Made by a program: the position numbers and the translations under genes. From Mobula hypostoma (taxonomy: Eukaryota), in the NCBI RefSeq assembly GCF_963921235.1, contig NC_086101.1:10232001-10296000 (forward strand): a DNA stretch of 64,000 nt. The letters run 5' to 3'. The notes under the pieces were generated by a model. The model was not told the DNA's origin and made no database searches. It was given only the letters and a program-made list of their open reading frames with translations. Shown piece after piece: positions 12,401 to 25,600 of this stretch (the stretch's first letter is position 1; each line of letters begins with the position of its first letter).

Positions 12401-15320
12401 ATGTTTTAGAGAAATTTGGCTTTGGTAATAATTTTAATAAGTGGATTCAAATGATCTATAAGAACCCTATCACTACCATTATTACTAATAATCTTAGGTC
12501 TCCTTTTTTCACTTTCACGAGGTACTCGACAAGGGTGTCCATTAAGTCCTTCATTATTTAATCTCATACTCAGCCTTTGGCTATAACAATTCGTAAAGCT
12601 AAAACATTCATGGTATTTCTATAAATGGGACCATACATAAGATCTCTCTCTATGCAGATGATTTTCTGGTTTATATCTCGAATCCTGAAGAAACTATTCC
12701 TAATCTTTTGGAATTATTAAACGATTTTGGAAAATTTTCAGGATATAAGCTTAATTTAAATAAAAGTGAATTGTTCCCTTTAAATGTTCCTGTTTTTATA
12801 TATAATGATATTCCATTTAGAATTGTGAATTCTTTTAAATATTTCGGTATTATCATTACAAAAAGATATAAGGATCTTTATAAAGCTAATGTAGTTCCCT
12901 TATTGGACTCTATGAAACAATTATTTTCTTGATGGAATCCTCTTACACTTTCTTTAATAGGTCATATTCATGCAGTGAAAATGATGATTTTATCTAGATT
13001 TTTATATATTTTTCAAAATACACCTGTTTTTCTAACTAAAAATTTTTTTTTGATCAAATTGATTCTAGTATTTCTCCTTTTATTTGGAATATTAAAAAAA
13101 CCAAGAGTTAACAAGTTTCATTTACAAAGATCCAAAAATGATGGTGGACTCGCGCTACCTAATTTTAGATTGTATTATTGGGCTGTTAATATTCGACAAC
13201 TACGTTTTTGGTTATATTGGCTCGATAAGAGCCTGAGGCTATTAATCAATTTTATTTAACTTCATTATGAAGAGCTCCATTACCTTTACAACTTGCTAAA
13301 ATTCCCAATTTAAATCTCTACCCTGTTATTAAACAGTCCTTAGAGATTTGGTTTTAGTTCCACAACTCTTTTAATTTTAAACAATTTAGATTGTCTAGCC
13401 CTGTATTTTGAAATTTGCTACTTAAACCTTCAAATACTGATCCTATTTTTCTTTTATGGAGAAATAAGAGGATCTGTTCTTTTGCAGATTTATTTAGTGA
13501 TGATCGATTGATGACTTTTGAAGAGTTAATTAGCAAATATTCTCTCTCTCATACATATTTCTTGCAATATTTTCAGGTTAGATATTTTTTACAAAAATAT
13601 GTTTCTACATTTCCATATATGCAAGAATCTGGTTTGTAGTATACTATTTTGAATATGAATCCTTTAGTAAGAGGTTCCATTGGTAGAATTTATAAGTTAT
13701 TTTTACTACAAAAAGGTAACCTCTCGCTAAAGATTAAACAAGATTGGGAGAGAGAACTTAATATGACTTTTGTTAATGAAGATTGGTTGTGAGTTCGGAA
13801 AATGGTTAATTCTTCTTTGATATGTGCCAATCATTATTTAATTCAATTTAAAATTGTTCACCTGTTATTACTTAACAAAGGAGAGGCTATCCAAAATATT
13901 TCCTTATATCGATAATTATTGTGATAGGTGCAAAAATGAAGTAGCTACTTTGTCACGTATATTTTGGTCATGTGCTCATTGAAATCTTTTTGGAAATCTT
14001 TATTTTCTACAATCTGTAAAACTTTGAAAATTAATTTACAATCTAATACATTGACTATTCTATTTGGAATAGTTCCGCATCATATTCAGGGTATTTCATT
14101 TTCCAACCAACATGTAATTGCATTCGTTACATTGCTGGCAAGAAGGGCTATTTTACTGAAGTGGAAGGGTACCTCTGCTCGTACACTAATTCAATGGTTT
14201 TCCCAAGTAGCGACGATTGCTGTTTTCTTTTTTTTTTATATATGTATATACGATTGTAAGACGTATTGCTCCGGGAGTTGGTTCCTAATGGTGTTTTTTT
14301 CTTTTTTTTTGCTTTGTAGTTAGTGTTTTTTTCAGTTAGTTGGGGTTCTCTTTTTTTCCTCCTTTTTCTTACATAAATTCTTTTTTCATTAGCATATATA
14401 AGTTTTTTCAGCTTTATTAATTATATATTCTAATATGCTGGACTTCTTTATAGCTGTAGAATATTATATATCAATAAAAAGATATTAAAAATGAAATGAT
14501 ATAATAATCCAAAAATAATTGTCAGTGCTGTTTTGAGTAGAGAATGAATTTTTAGCTGACCTTGATAAGAAAACAGAGAGTTAAGCTTAGCTTACCTTTC
14601 TGGAAATGAATCTCTTTCTTTCCCTTCCATAAATTTTAGAAACTCATAAAGGCAAGCAAAATATATTTCTCAATACTGGGTCGAACTTGAGATAAGCACA
14701 CGTGGATTTCAAATTCAACTGAATTTTATCCTTGCTCATTTTGCTTGTTCAGCAAGAAAAAGCTTGCTCACATGTGTAAGAAGTTCAAAACTGCAGCAAA
14801 ATGTTCATTGCTTTCAGGTGACTGGCAGGATGCTCTTCTACAGAAATCCAGAACTTGTCTGGAGGCAGGTCATTAAATCTAATCCTGAGTGCATGATCAG
14901 AGAGCAGCTCACAAAGTTCTTCCTCTTCTCTCAAAGTCAGGCTCTCAGGCTGAACAGAAGATTCAGAGAAAGATTCCCTCAACCAGTCAATACACTTGAG
15001 TTGAAAGGGAGGAAAAATACTCTTCAGTTTTGTTCTGCAGTTCTTCCCGGTGATTTTCATTAAGAGTCAAGACTTTCTGATATCCTTCCTCACTCTCAAG
15101 CCCAAACAGCTGTGGAAACCTTTCAGGATTTCCTTTTGCAACATGATTTTTCCAAAGATTCAGTATCCTTTTAAATCCAAGAATCTTGTCATTTGAAGTC
15201 AAAACGTTTTCTCCAGGAAATTTAGAAACTTGTTCAACTAGTTCATATGATGAAAAATGTTTGTTAAGTAGGCTAGTTTCTGCATTAGGGTTTTATTTCT
15301 CTTTGGCACGATGCCAAGTG
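9402..15320 (-). mobile_element. hAT-Charlie/Buster DNA transposon remnant (9402-9534 and 14498-~15320), split by L1
   Basis: TIR-like CAGCCTTTCTCAAACT at 9402 after ATTTAGAG. Minus-strand fragments DKILGFKRILNLWKNHV... and EEEELCELLSD...FWISV...AMNILLQF resemble the hAT C-terminal region. Confidence 0.7.
9535..14497 (+). mobile_element. L1-clade LINE with both ends present, decayed ORF1 and ORF2
   Basis: 14-bp TSD GATATAATAATCCA (9521-9534 and 14498-14511). ORF1 reads DLESHSGRNNIRIVGL. ORF2 pieces read ISDHAPL, QSGKAPGLDGY and SLDAGKAFDRVEW. AATAAA near 14473. Confidence 0.92.
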
Positions 15321-15322
15321 TG

Positions 15323-16222
15323 ATAGAAACATAGAAAACATACAGCAGAATACAGGACCTTCAGCCCACGATGATGTGCCGAACATACTTTAGAAATTAA
15401 CAGGGGCTACCTATAGCCCTCTATTTTCTTAAGCTCCATGTACTTATCCAGGAGTCTCTTAAAAGACCCAGTCATATCAGCCTCCACCACCGTTGCCGGC
15501 AGCCCATTCCTCACACTCACCACTCTCTGTGTTAAAAACTTACCCCTGACATCTCCTCTGTACCTCCTTCCAAGCACCGTAAACCTGTGCCCTCTTGTGT
15601 TCGCCATTTCAGACCTGGGAAAAAGCCTCTGACTATCTCCATGATCAATGCCTATCATCATCTTACACACCTCTGTCGAGTCATCTGTCATCCTCTGTTG
15701 TTCCAAGGACAAAGGGCCAGGTTCACACAACCTATTCTCATTAGGCCTGCTCCCAAATTCAGGCAACATCCTTATAAATCTCCTCTGCACCCTTTGGATA
15801 GTTTCCACATCCTTCCTGTAGTGAGGCGACCAGAACTGAGCACAGTACTCCAAGTGGGGTCTATATAGGGTCCTATATAGCTGCAACATTACCTCTCAGC
15901 TCTTAAACTCAATCCCACAGTTGATGAAGGCCAATGCACCGTATGCCTTCTTAACCACACAGTCATCCTGCACAGCAGCTTTGAGTGTCTTATGGACGGG
16001 GACCCCAAGATCCCTCCGATCCTCCACACTGCCAATAGTCATACCATTAATACTATATTCTGCTGTCATATTTGACCAAACAAAATGACCCACCTCACAC
16101 TTATCTGGGTAAAATTGCATCTTCCACTTCTCAGCCCAGTTTTGTATCCTATCGATGTCCCACTGTAACCTCTGACACCCCTCCACACTATCCACAACAC
16201 CCCCAACCTTTGTGTCATCATG
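15323..16222 (-). mobile_element. 5'-truncated CR1 LINE
   Basis: RPHLEYCAQFWSPHYRKD and WKMQFYPDKCEV; tail ATAGAAACATAGAA at the left end. Confidence 0.92.
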
Positions 16223-16833
16223 TTTGGGACTAGTGATGGAGCCTCAGTTTTTTGCAGTTTATTTAAAAAAAAATAAATGTCAACTGGCCAATGTCATTAA
16301 AAGTTGCTACTTCAGCCCTCAAATTTTGGTCTATGAGCACTTGGAATTTCCTCATCAATTTTTTTGTTGTAATTTAGGTTTGTCTGTCCAACTTCCGCCT
16401 GGCTGGATTTCACAGACAGATTTCCATGCTGAGTTCCACCCACACAATTACCCACCATCTCTTTCTTCATGCTTGTTGGGTGGGTTGTGGTGGAGTAGCC
16501 GTGGGATGTTGTTTTCCACCCCGGTGCTCTGTGGGATGCCAAAATTATTTTGATGGTTAGAGGGAGTGGGGTAGAAGCAGGAGCAGAACCAATACTTTTT
16601 AACATTGTTATTATAATCTGCAGTAAATTTATATGCAAATGTGTGTTAAAACCAGCTACTAACTTACCCATTTCAATTTGATGGTATGTAAGCAAAATCA
16701 TTAATAATTGTTGAGATTTTTTTCATTTGAGTTCATAGTCCTGGTTGTGTTGTAGTTGATCTGTATATTGGGTAACAAGTTCCTCATCAATGTACAATAT
16801 GGGTTCCTTGTCTTATCAATTATTTCTCTCCAG

Positions 16834-17181
16834 GTGATTTTATCCTACTTGCACCCAATGAGCCTTCTGTAGCAATCACAGGTGAAGATGTTGTACTGGA
16901 ATGTGAACTGCTCCCACCAACCTCTGCCAGCAACATGACAGTGCAGTGGCTGAAATCAGGTCTCAGCTCACCCATCCACGTGTACAGACACGGACAAGAT
17001 GATCCCCTCGCTCAATACCAGGATTACAGAGGAAGGACAGAACTGTTTAAAGATGAAATTACCAAAGGAAATGTTTCCCTCAGAATAAAGAACGTAAAAA
17101 CAGACGATGAAGGGCAATATACATGTTCAGTTGAAGACAGAACTGACTTCAAACAGTCTACAGTTGAACTGCATGTTCTCA
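16834..17181 (+). CDS. Butyrophilin-like gene, IgV exon (348 nt, phase 1-1)
   Basis: Acceptor tttctctccag| and donor A|GTGAGT. Encodes DFILLAPNEPSVAITGEDVVLECELLPPTSASNMTVQW...QYQDYRGRTELFKDEITKGNVSLRIKNVKTDDEGQYTCSV...VELHVL, with canonical Cys/Trp/DxGxYxC and the BTN-type YRGRT motif. Confidence 0.93.
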
Positions 17182-17199
17182 GTGAGTATTATTGCCATT

Positions 17200-20100
17200 T
17201 GTACCAGGGTATAGAAGGAAGCTTTTGTATTGCATGCCATCCAGATAGATCATTTCGTACACAAGTATATTGAGGTAGTAAAACGAAAACAATGTTTGCT
17301 AACAGTGCTATGTGACAGTGATGGTAAGAAGTGGAGGAGATGGCAGTTGAATGCGTGGCTGAGGAGTTGGTGCAGAGAGCAGGGTTTTAGATTTTTGGAT
17401 CATTGGGATCTCCTCTGGGGAAGGTGGGTCCTGTACAGATTGGATGGGTTGCATCTGAACTCGAGGGGGAGCAATATCCTTGCAGGTAGGTTTGCTAGTA
17501 TGGTTCGGGAGGGTTTAAACTAATTTGCAAGGGGGATAGAACCCAGAGCGATAGAGCAGTGAAAGAAGTGCATGGAGTAAAGCCAAATCTAACATACACA
17601 GAGGCTTTGAGGAAAGAGAAGCAGAATAAAGGGTGTAAAGACAGTAAGGTAGAAGGGCTGAAATGTGTGTACCTCAATGCAAGAAGCATCAGGAACAAAG
17701 GTGATGAACTGAGAGCTTGGATACATAAATGGAATTATGATGTAGTGGCCATTACAGAGACTTGGCTGGCACCAGGGCAGGAATGGATTCTCAATATTCC
17801 TGGACTTCAGTGCTCTAGAAGGGATAGAGAAGGTGGAAAAAGGGGAAGAGGAGTGGCATTACTGGTCAGGGATACTATTACAGCTACAGAAAGGGTGGGT
17901 AATGTAGCAGGATCCTCTTTTGAGTCAGTATGGGTAGAAGTCAGGAACAGTAACAGAGCAGTTACTCTATTGGGGTTATTCTATAGACCCCCTGGTAGCA
18001 GCAGAGATACAGAGGAGCAGATTGGGAGGCAGATTTTGGAAAGGTGCAAAACTAACAGGGTTGTTATCATGGGTGACTTTAACTAACCTAATATTGATTT
18101 GCACCTGATTAGTTCCAAGGGTTTAAATAGGGCAGAGTTTGTTAAGTGTGTCTAGGACGGATTCCTGTCACAGTATGTGGACAGGCCGAACAGGGGAATA
18201 CCATACTAGATCTAGTACTTGGTAATGAACTGGGTCAGGTCACAGATCTCTCAGTGGGTGAGCATCTGGGGGACAGTGACCACTGCTCCCTGGCCTTTAG
18301 CATTATCGTGGAAAAGGACAGAATCAGAGAGGACAGGAAAATTTTTAATTGGGGAAGGGCAAATTTTGAGGCTGTAAGGCTAGAACTTGCGGATGTGAAT
18401 TGGGATGATGTTTTTGCAGGGAAATGTACGATGGACATGTGGTCGACGTTTTGAGATCTCTTGTAGGATGTTAGGGATAAATTTGTCCCGGTGAGGAAGA
18501 TAAAGAATGGTAGGGTGAAGGAACCATGGGTGACAAGTGAGGTGGAAAATCTAGTCAGGTGGAAGAAGGCAGCATACATGAGGTTTAGGAAGCAAGGATC
18601 AGATGGGTCTATTGAGGAATATAGGGAAGCAAGAAAGGAGCTTAAGAAGGGGCTGAGAAGAGCAAGAGAGGGCATGAGAAGGGCTTGGCGAGTAGGGTAA
18701 AGGAAAACCCCAAGGCATTCTTCAATTATGTGAAGAACAAAAGGATGACAGGAGTGAAGGTAGGACCGATTAGAGATAAAGGTGGAAAGATGTTCCTGGA
18801 GGCTGTGGAAGTGAGTGAGGTTCTAAATGAATACTTCTCTTCGGTATTCACCAATGAGAGGGAACTTGATGATGGTGAGGACAATATGAGTGAGGTTGAT
18901 GTTCTGGAGCATGTTGATATTAAGGGAGAGGAGGTGTTGGAGTTGTTAAAATACATTAGGATGGATAAGTCCCCGGGGCCTGACGGAATGTTCCCCAGGC
19001 TGCTCCACGAGGCGAGGGAAGAGATTGCTGAGCCTCTGGCTAGGATCTTTATGTCCTCATTGTCCACGGGAATGGTACCAGAGGATTGGAGGGAGGTGAA
19101 TGTTGTCCCCTTGTTCAAAAAAGGCAGTAGGGATAGTCTGGGTAATTATAGACCAGTGAGCCTTACGTCTGTGGTGGGAAAGCTGTTGGAAAAGATTCTT
19201 AGAGATAGGATCTATGGGCATTTAGAGAATCATGGTCTGATCAGGGACAGTCAGCATGGCTTTGTGAAGGGCAGATCATGTCTGACAAGCCTGATAGAGT
19301 TCTTTGAGGAGGTGACCAGGCACATAGATGAGGGTAGTGCAGTGGATGTGATCTATATGGATTTTAGTAAGGCATTTGACAAGGTTCCACACGGTAGGCT
19401 TATTCAGAAAGTCAGAAGGCATGGGATCCAGGGACGTTTGGCCAGGTGGATTCAGGATTGGCTTGCCTGCAGAAGGCAGAGGGTCATGGTGGAGGGAGTA
19501 CATTCAGATTGGAGGATTGTGACTGGTGGTGTCCCACAAGGATCTGTTCTGGGTCCTCTACTTTTCGTGATTTTTATTAACGACCTGGATGTTGGGGTAG
19601 AAGGGTGGTTTGGCAAGTTTGCAGATGACACAAAGGTTGGTGATGTTGTAGATAGTGTAGAGGATTGTTGAAGATTGCAGAGAGACATTGATAGGATGCA
19701 GAAGTGGACTGAGAAGTGGCAGATGGAGTTCAACCCAGAGAAGTGTGAGGTGGTACACTTTGGAAGGACAAACTCCAAGGCAGAGTACAAAGTAAATGGC
19801 AGGATACTTGGTAGTGTGGTGGAGCAGAGGGATCTGGGGATACATGTCCACAGATCCCTGAAAGTTGCCTCACAGGTGGATAAGGTACTTAAGAAAGCTC
19901 ATGGGGTGTTAGCTTTCATAAGTCGAGGGATAGAGTTTAAGAGTCGCGATGTAATGATGCAGCTCTACAAAACTCTGGTTAGGCCACACTTGGAGTACTG
20001 TGTCCAGTTCTGGTCACCTTACTATAGGAAAGATGTGGAAGCATTGGAAAGGGTACAGAGGAGATTTACCAGAATGCTGCCTGGTTTAGAGAGTACGCAT

Positions 20101-20885
20101 TATGATCAGAGATTAAGGGAGCTAGGGCTTTACTCTTTGGAGAGAAGGAGGATGAGAGGAGACATGATAGAGGTGTACAAGATAATAAGAGGAATAGATA
20201 GAGTGGATAGCCAGCGCCTCTTCCCCAGGGCACCACTGCTCAATACAAGAGGACATGGCTTTATGGTAAGGGGTGGGAAGTTCAAGGGGGATATTAGAGG
20301 AAGGTTTTTTACTCAGAGAGTGGTTGGTGCGTGGAATGTACTGCCTGAGTCAGTGGTGGAGGCAGATATACTAGTGAAGTTTAAGAGATAACTAGACAGG
20401 TATATGGAGGAATTTAAGGTGGGGGGCTTATATGGGAGGCAGGGTTTGAGGGTCGGCACAACATTATGGGCCGAAGGGACTGTATTGTGCTGTACTATTC
20501 TATGTTCTAATGTGGAATATAGTGCTGTTATTGCAGAGAAAGTACAGTGCAAATAATTACATAATTAGACAATAAGGTGTGAGGGAAGCATTGAGTTAGA
20601 CAGAGGGCACAAGTGTTCATATCTCTGTGTGTGAGATGTCCATTCAGGAGTTTGATAACCATGGCATAGAAACTGTCCTCGAGTCTGGTGGTTTGTGCTC
20701 TCAGGGCTTTGTATCTTCTGCTCAATGAGAGGGGAAAAGTGAGAATAACCAGGTTGGGTGGGGTCTGTGATTATATTGGCTGTTTTCCCAACCCAGTGGA
20801 AAGTGTAGACAGAATCAGTGGAAGACAGTTTGGTTTGCATGAAGGACCAGGCTTTGTTCACATCTCTTCAGTTTCTTCTCAAACC
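17200..20885 (-). mobile_element. Rex1/Babar 3' fragment (17200-17315 and 20510-20885), split by CR1
   Basis: Minus strand reads RRYKALRAQTTRLEDSFYAMVIKLLN and TANIITDPTQPGYSHF (Rex1 C-terminus). Confidence 0.7.
17316..20508 (+). mobile_element. CR1 LINE: ORF1 esterase C-terminus plus complete but interrupted ORF2
   Basis: DGLHLN (SGNH esterase), YLNARSIRNK / AITETWL (APE), [30 protein letters not shown]; tail TTCTATGTTCTA. Confidence 0.95.
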
Positions 20886-20889
20886 TTAG

Positions 20890-22500
20890 TCACAGAGACA
20901 TAGAGAAGTCCAACACAGAAACAGGCCCTTTGGCCCATGTAGTCCATGCTGGACCATTTAAATTGCCTACTCCCATCGACTTGCACTGGGACCATGGCCC
21001 TCCACCCCCCTGCCAACCATGTACAGTACCTAACCAAACTCTCTTCAACATTGAAATTGACCTTGCATGCTCTGCTTGTGTCGACAGCTTGTTCCACACT
21101 CTCACAAACCTCTGAGTGAAGTAGTTTGCTCTCATGAGCCCATTAAACATTTCACCTTTCACCCTTAGCTCATGAACTCTGGTTGTCGTCCCACCCAACC
21201 TCAGTGGAAAAAGACTGCATGCATTTACTCTATCTATACCCCTCATAATGTTGTACACCACTGTCAAATCTCCTCTCAATCTTCTGCTTTACAAGGAATA
21301 AAGTCCTAACCCATTCAATCTTTCCTTGTAACTGAGATCCTCCAGACCCGGCAACATTCTTGTAAATTTTCTCTGTACTCTTTCAAACTTATTTACATCT
21401 TTCCTGTCGGTGGGTGACCAAAACTGTACACATTACTCCAAATAATACAACTTCAACATAGCAACCCATCTCCTGTAATCAAAACTTTGATTTAAGAAAC
21501 ATCTTGTGCCTTTCCTCCTGCATCAACTCCTTAGCCAAATGTTAAAGGGTGTAATCTTCCTATTTTTGTTCTCAATAGCATTTGGCATGGGTAGCAATCC
21601 TGAGATCATAACCCCGGATGTCCTGCCCTTTAACTTGGCATCTAACTCCCTGAACTCACTTTGCAGAACAGCGTTACTCTTCCTACCTATGCCATTGGTA
21701 CCTACATTGACCACATCCTCTGGCTGTTGACCATCCTAGTTTGGAATGCTGAGGACTTGATCCAGGAAGTCCAGGAGCTTGGCACCCGGGATGCAATATA
21801 CCATCCAGGAATCTTGTTTTCATCCACAGAACCTCTTTTCCATTCTCCTAAGTAACGTATCCCCTATCACCACAGCTTACCTCTTCTACTGCCCCCCCCC
21901 CCACCTTCTCTTCTGAGTTAAAGGCCAGACTCAGTGCCAGAAACCTAACTGCTGTGACTTTCCTCTGCGAGGTCAGCACTCGGCACAGTAACCAAAGTAC
22001 CTGTTGTTGCAGTGGATGGCCACAGGGGTACTCTTGTACTGTCTGTTTAACCCCTTTCCTCTTCTTGACTGTCACCCAGTCTCCTGTGCCGCACCATGGT
22101 TGTAACTACCTCTCTAACTACCAATCTATCACCCCCTCAGTCTCCCAAATGTTCCAGAGTTCATCCAGTTCCAGCTCCAACTCCTTAACACGGAGTGTTC
22201 GAAGCCACAGCTGGATGCACCTCGTAGTTGTAGTCGTCAGGGGCACAGCAGGGCTCCCTGTCTTTCCGCATCCTGTAAGTGGAACATTGAACTATCCTGC
22301 CTGGCATCCCAGGTGTTCTATCTGAGCAAATATAAAGAAAGAAAAACAATAATAAACTGTGGGGAAATAATTACCTACAGCTTTTCGTTTTCTCTCACTC
22401 ATGCCTCTCCTCAGTGAAGCCTCGAAGAGCTGAAGCATCAAAATCCCAATTCTATCTCTGTCCGCTCCACGGTCATTGCAACAATGGCTGCTCCACTTTC
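20890..22500 (-). mobile_element. CR1 fragments (3' ORF2 and ORF1 esterase)
   Basis: MRGDL..VYNIMRGIDRV and VNVGTNGIGRK...VMISGLLP. Confidence 0.8.
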
Positions 22501-22639
22501 CCCAGCCTTACTTTAGTTTCTCTTTGTCAATCAATCCCGAATGCTGATTGCACCGTGCGGCTCAAAGCTCCAATCTGCCCCAAGCTGCTGTCTTTTCTAC
22601 TCAATTGGTGAACCACTCCCCTCAATAACTAGTATACCA

Positions 22640-25600
22640 CTCTGAATGGCGTTGGGGGAATGACCTACTGGGGAAAGACACAGTGACCAGGGCTCTGGCA
22701 CTGAGTCTGGTTCTGGGACTCAGAAGGGAAGGGGGTCGAAGATGAGTACAGTAGTGATCGGGGATTAGGGCTGAGGATGGTGCAGTTGCTATACAAGCAA
22801 AGACAGTGTGTAATAAAATTCCAGGAAGGACAGACAGATAATAGAGCAACATTTCAGTCAGTGCAATGAGTTGCAGTGTAATGGGGGATGAAATCGAAAA
22901 TGATTATGAATACAGGACTGATGGAGTTATATCTGAATGCATGCAGTATATGAAATAAGGTTAATGATCTTGTAGCTCAGTTAGAGATTGGCAGGTATGA
23001 CATTGTGGGCATCACTGAGTCGTAGCTGAAAGAAGATTATAGTGGGGAACTTATCCACGGATTCACATTGTATTGAAAGAAAAGGCAGGGAGGCAGAAGG
23101 GATGGTGTGGCTCTGCTGATTAAAAAATGAAATCAAATCCTTAGTAAAAGGTGATATAGGATCTGAAGAAGTAGAATCAATGTGGGTAGAGTTAAAACAT
23201 AGAATTCAGAACATAGAATAGTACAGGCCCTTCAGCCCACAATGTTGTGCCGACCCTTAAACCATACCTCCCCTATAACCCCCCACCTTAAATTTCTCCA
23301 TATACCTGTCTAGTAGTCTCTTAAACTTCACTAGTGTATCTGACTCAGGCAGTGCATTCCACGCACCAAACACTCTCTGAGCAAAAAAACCTCCCTCTAA
23401 TATCCCACTTGAACATCCCACCCCTTACCTTAAAGCCATGTCCTCTTGTATCGAGCAGTGGTGCCCTGGGGAAGAGGCGCTGGCTATCCACTCTTATCTA
23501 TTCCTCTTATTATCTTGTACACCTCTATCATGTCTCCTCTCATCCTCCTTCTCTCCAAAGAGTAAACCCCTAGCTCCCTTAATCTCTGATCATAATGCAT
23601 ACTCTCTAAACCAGGCAGCATCCTGGTAAATCTCCTCTGTACTCTTTCCAATGCTTCCACATCCTTCCTATAGTGAGGCGACCAGAACTGGACAGTTTTT
23701 TTAAAAAAAAACCAACAGAAAGCAACTAAAGAAGATGAAAGGAATAAAAAGTTGGAATATGAAGGTAAGTCAGCCAGTCATATCAGACGACACCAAAGGT
23801 TGCTTCAGATATATAATGAGTAAAAGAGAGGTGAGAGTAGATATTAGCCTGCTGTAAAATGACTCTGGAGAGGGAGTATTGAGGGAAAGGGAAATGATGG
23901 ATGAACTGAAGAAGGATTTTGCATCAGTCTTCACTGTGGAAGACCCTAGCAATATGCTGGATGTTTGAGACTGTCAGGGACAGAAGTGAGTGAAGTTGTC
24001 ATTACGAGGGAGAAGGTGCGTTGGGAACATGAAAGGTCTGATGGTAGATCACTCCCTTAGACCTGATGGACTACACTTGCGGGTTCTAAAATAAGTAGGA
24101 ACATAGAAAACCTACAGCACAATATGGGCCCTTCAGCCCACAATGCTGTGTCGAACATGTACTTACTTTAGAAATTACCTAGGGTTACCATTAGCTCACT
24201 AATTTCTGAAGCTCCAGGTAACTCTCCAGGAGTTTCTTAAAAGACCCTACTGTATCTGCCTCTTCAACTGTTGCTGGCAGCCCATTCCATGCACTCGCCA
24301 CCCTCTGCATAAAAAAACTTAACCCTGACATCTCCTCTGTGCCTACTTCCGAGCACCTTAAAACTGTGCCCTCTCATGTTAGCCATTTCAGCCCTGAGAA
24401 AAAGCCTCTGACTATTTACACGATCAAAGCCTCTCATCATCTTATACACCTCCATCAGGTCACCTCTCATCTTCCATCACTCAAAGGAGAGAAGGCCAAG
24501 TTCACTCAACCTATCCTCATAAGGCATGCTCCCCAACACAGGCAACATCCTTGTAAATCACCTCTGCACACTATGTATAGTTTCCACATCCTTCCTGTAG
24601 TGAGGTGACCAGAACTGAGCACACTACTCCAAGTGGGGTCTGACCAGGGTCCTATATAGCTGCAACATTACCTCTCGGCTCTTAATCTCAGTCCCATGGT
24701 TGATGAAGTTCAATACACCATATGCCTTCTGAACCACAGAGTCAACCTGCACAGCACCTTTGGGTGTTTTATGGACTCAGACTGCAAGATCCCTCTGATA
24801 CTCCACACTGCCAACAGTCTTACCATTAATACGATATTCGTCCATCATATTTGACCTAGCAAAATGAACCACCTCACATTTATCTGGGTTGAACTCCATC
24901 TGCCACTTCTCAGCCCAGTTTTGCATCCTATCCATCTCCAGCTGTAACCTTTGATAGCCCTCCACAGTATCCACAACATCCCCAATCCTTGTGTCATCAG
25001 CAAATTTACTATCCCATCCCTCCACTTCCTCATCCAGTTCATTTATAAACATCAGGAAGAGAAGAAGTCCCAGAACAGATCCCTGAGGCACACCACTGGT
25101 CACCGACCTCCATGCAGAATATGATCATCTACAACCACTCTTTGCCTTCTGTGGGCAAGCCATTTCTGGATCCATAAAGCAACGTCCCCTTGGATCCCAT
25201 GCCTCCTTACTTTCTCAACAAACCTTGCATGGGGTACATTATCAAATGCCTTGCTGAAATCCATATACACTACATCTACAGCTCTACCTTCATCAATGTG
25301 TTTAGTCACATCCTCAAAAAATTCAAGCAGGCCCGTAAGGCCTTTTCTGATTGGCTGCCTGTGATTAATTGTGTTCTGAAGGAGTCAGTGTTGTATGTCA
25401 ATGCTTTGGATGGTGGAGTTGATGGCTTTGTGGTCAAGGTTGCAGATGATAAGGAGATAGGTGGAGGGGCAGGTCATGTTGAGGAAGCAGGGAGGCTGCA
25501 GAAAGACTTGGACAGATTGGGAGAATGGGCAAACAGCAGCAGGTGGATTACAATGTGGGGAAGTGTATGGTCATGCACTTTGGTCGAAGAAATAAAAGAG

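Noticed and set aside
16225..16700. Possible other end of the hAT element or a 129-aa ORF
   Set aside because: No matching TIR/TSD pair or recognisable protein motif could be established by eye.
17182..17273. C-terminal extension of the 112-aa IgV ORF (EYYCHLYQ...)
   Set aside because: Read-through past a consensus GTGAGT donor into intronic repeat.
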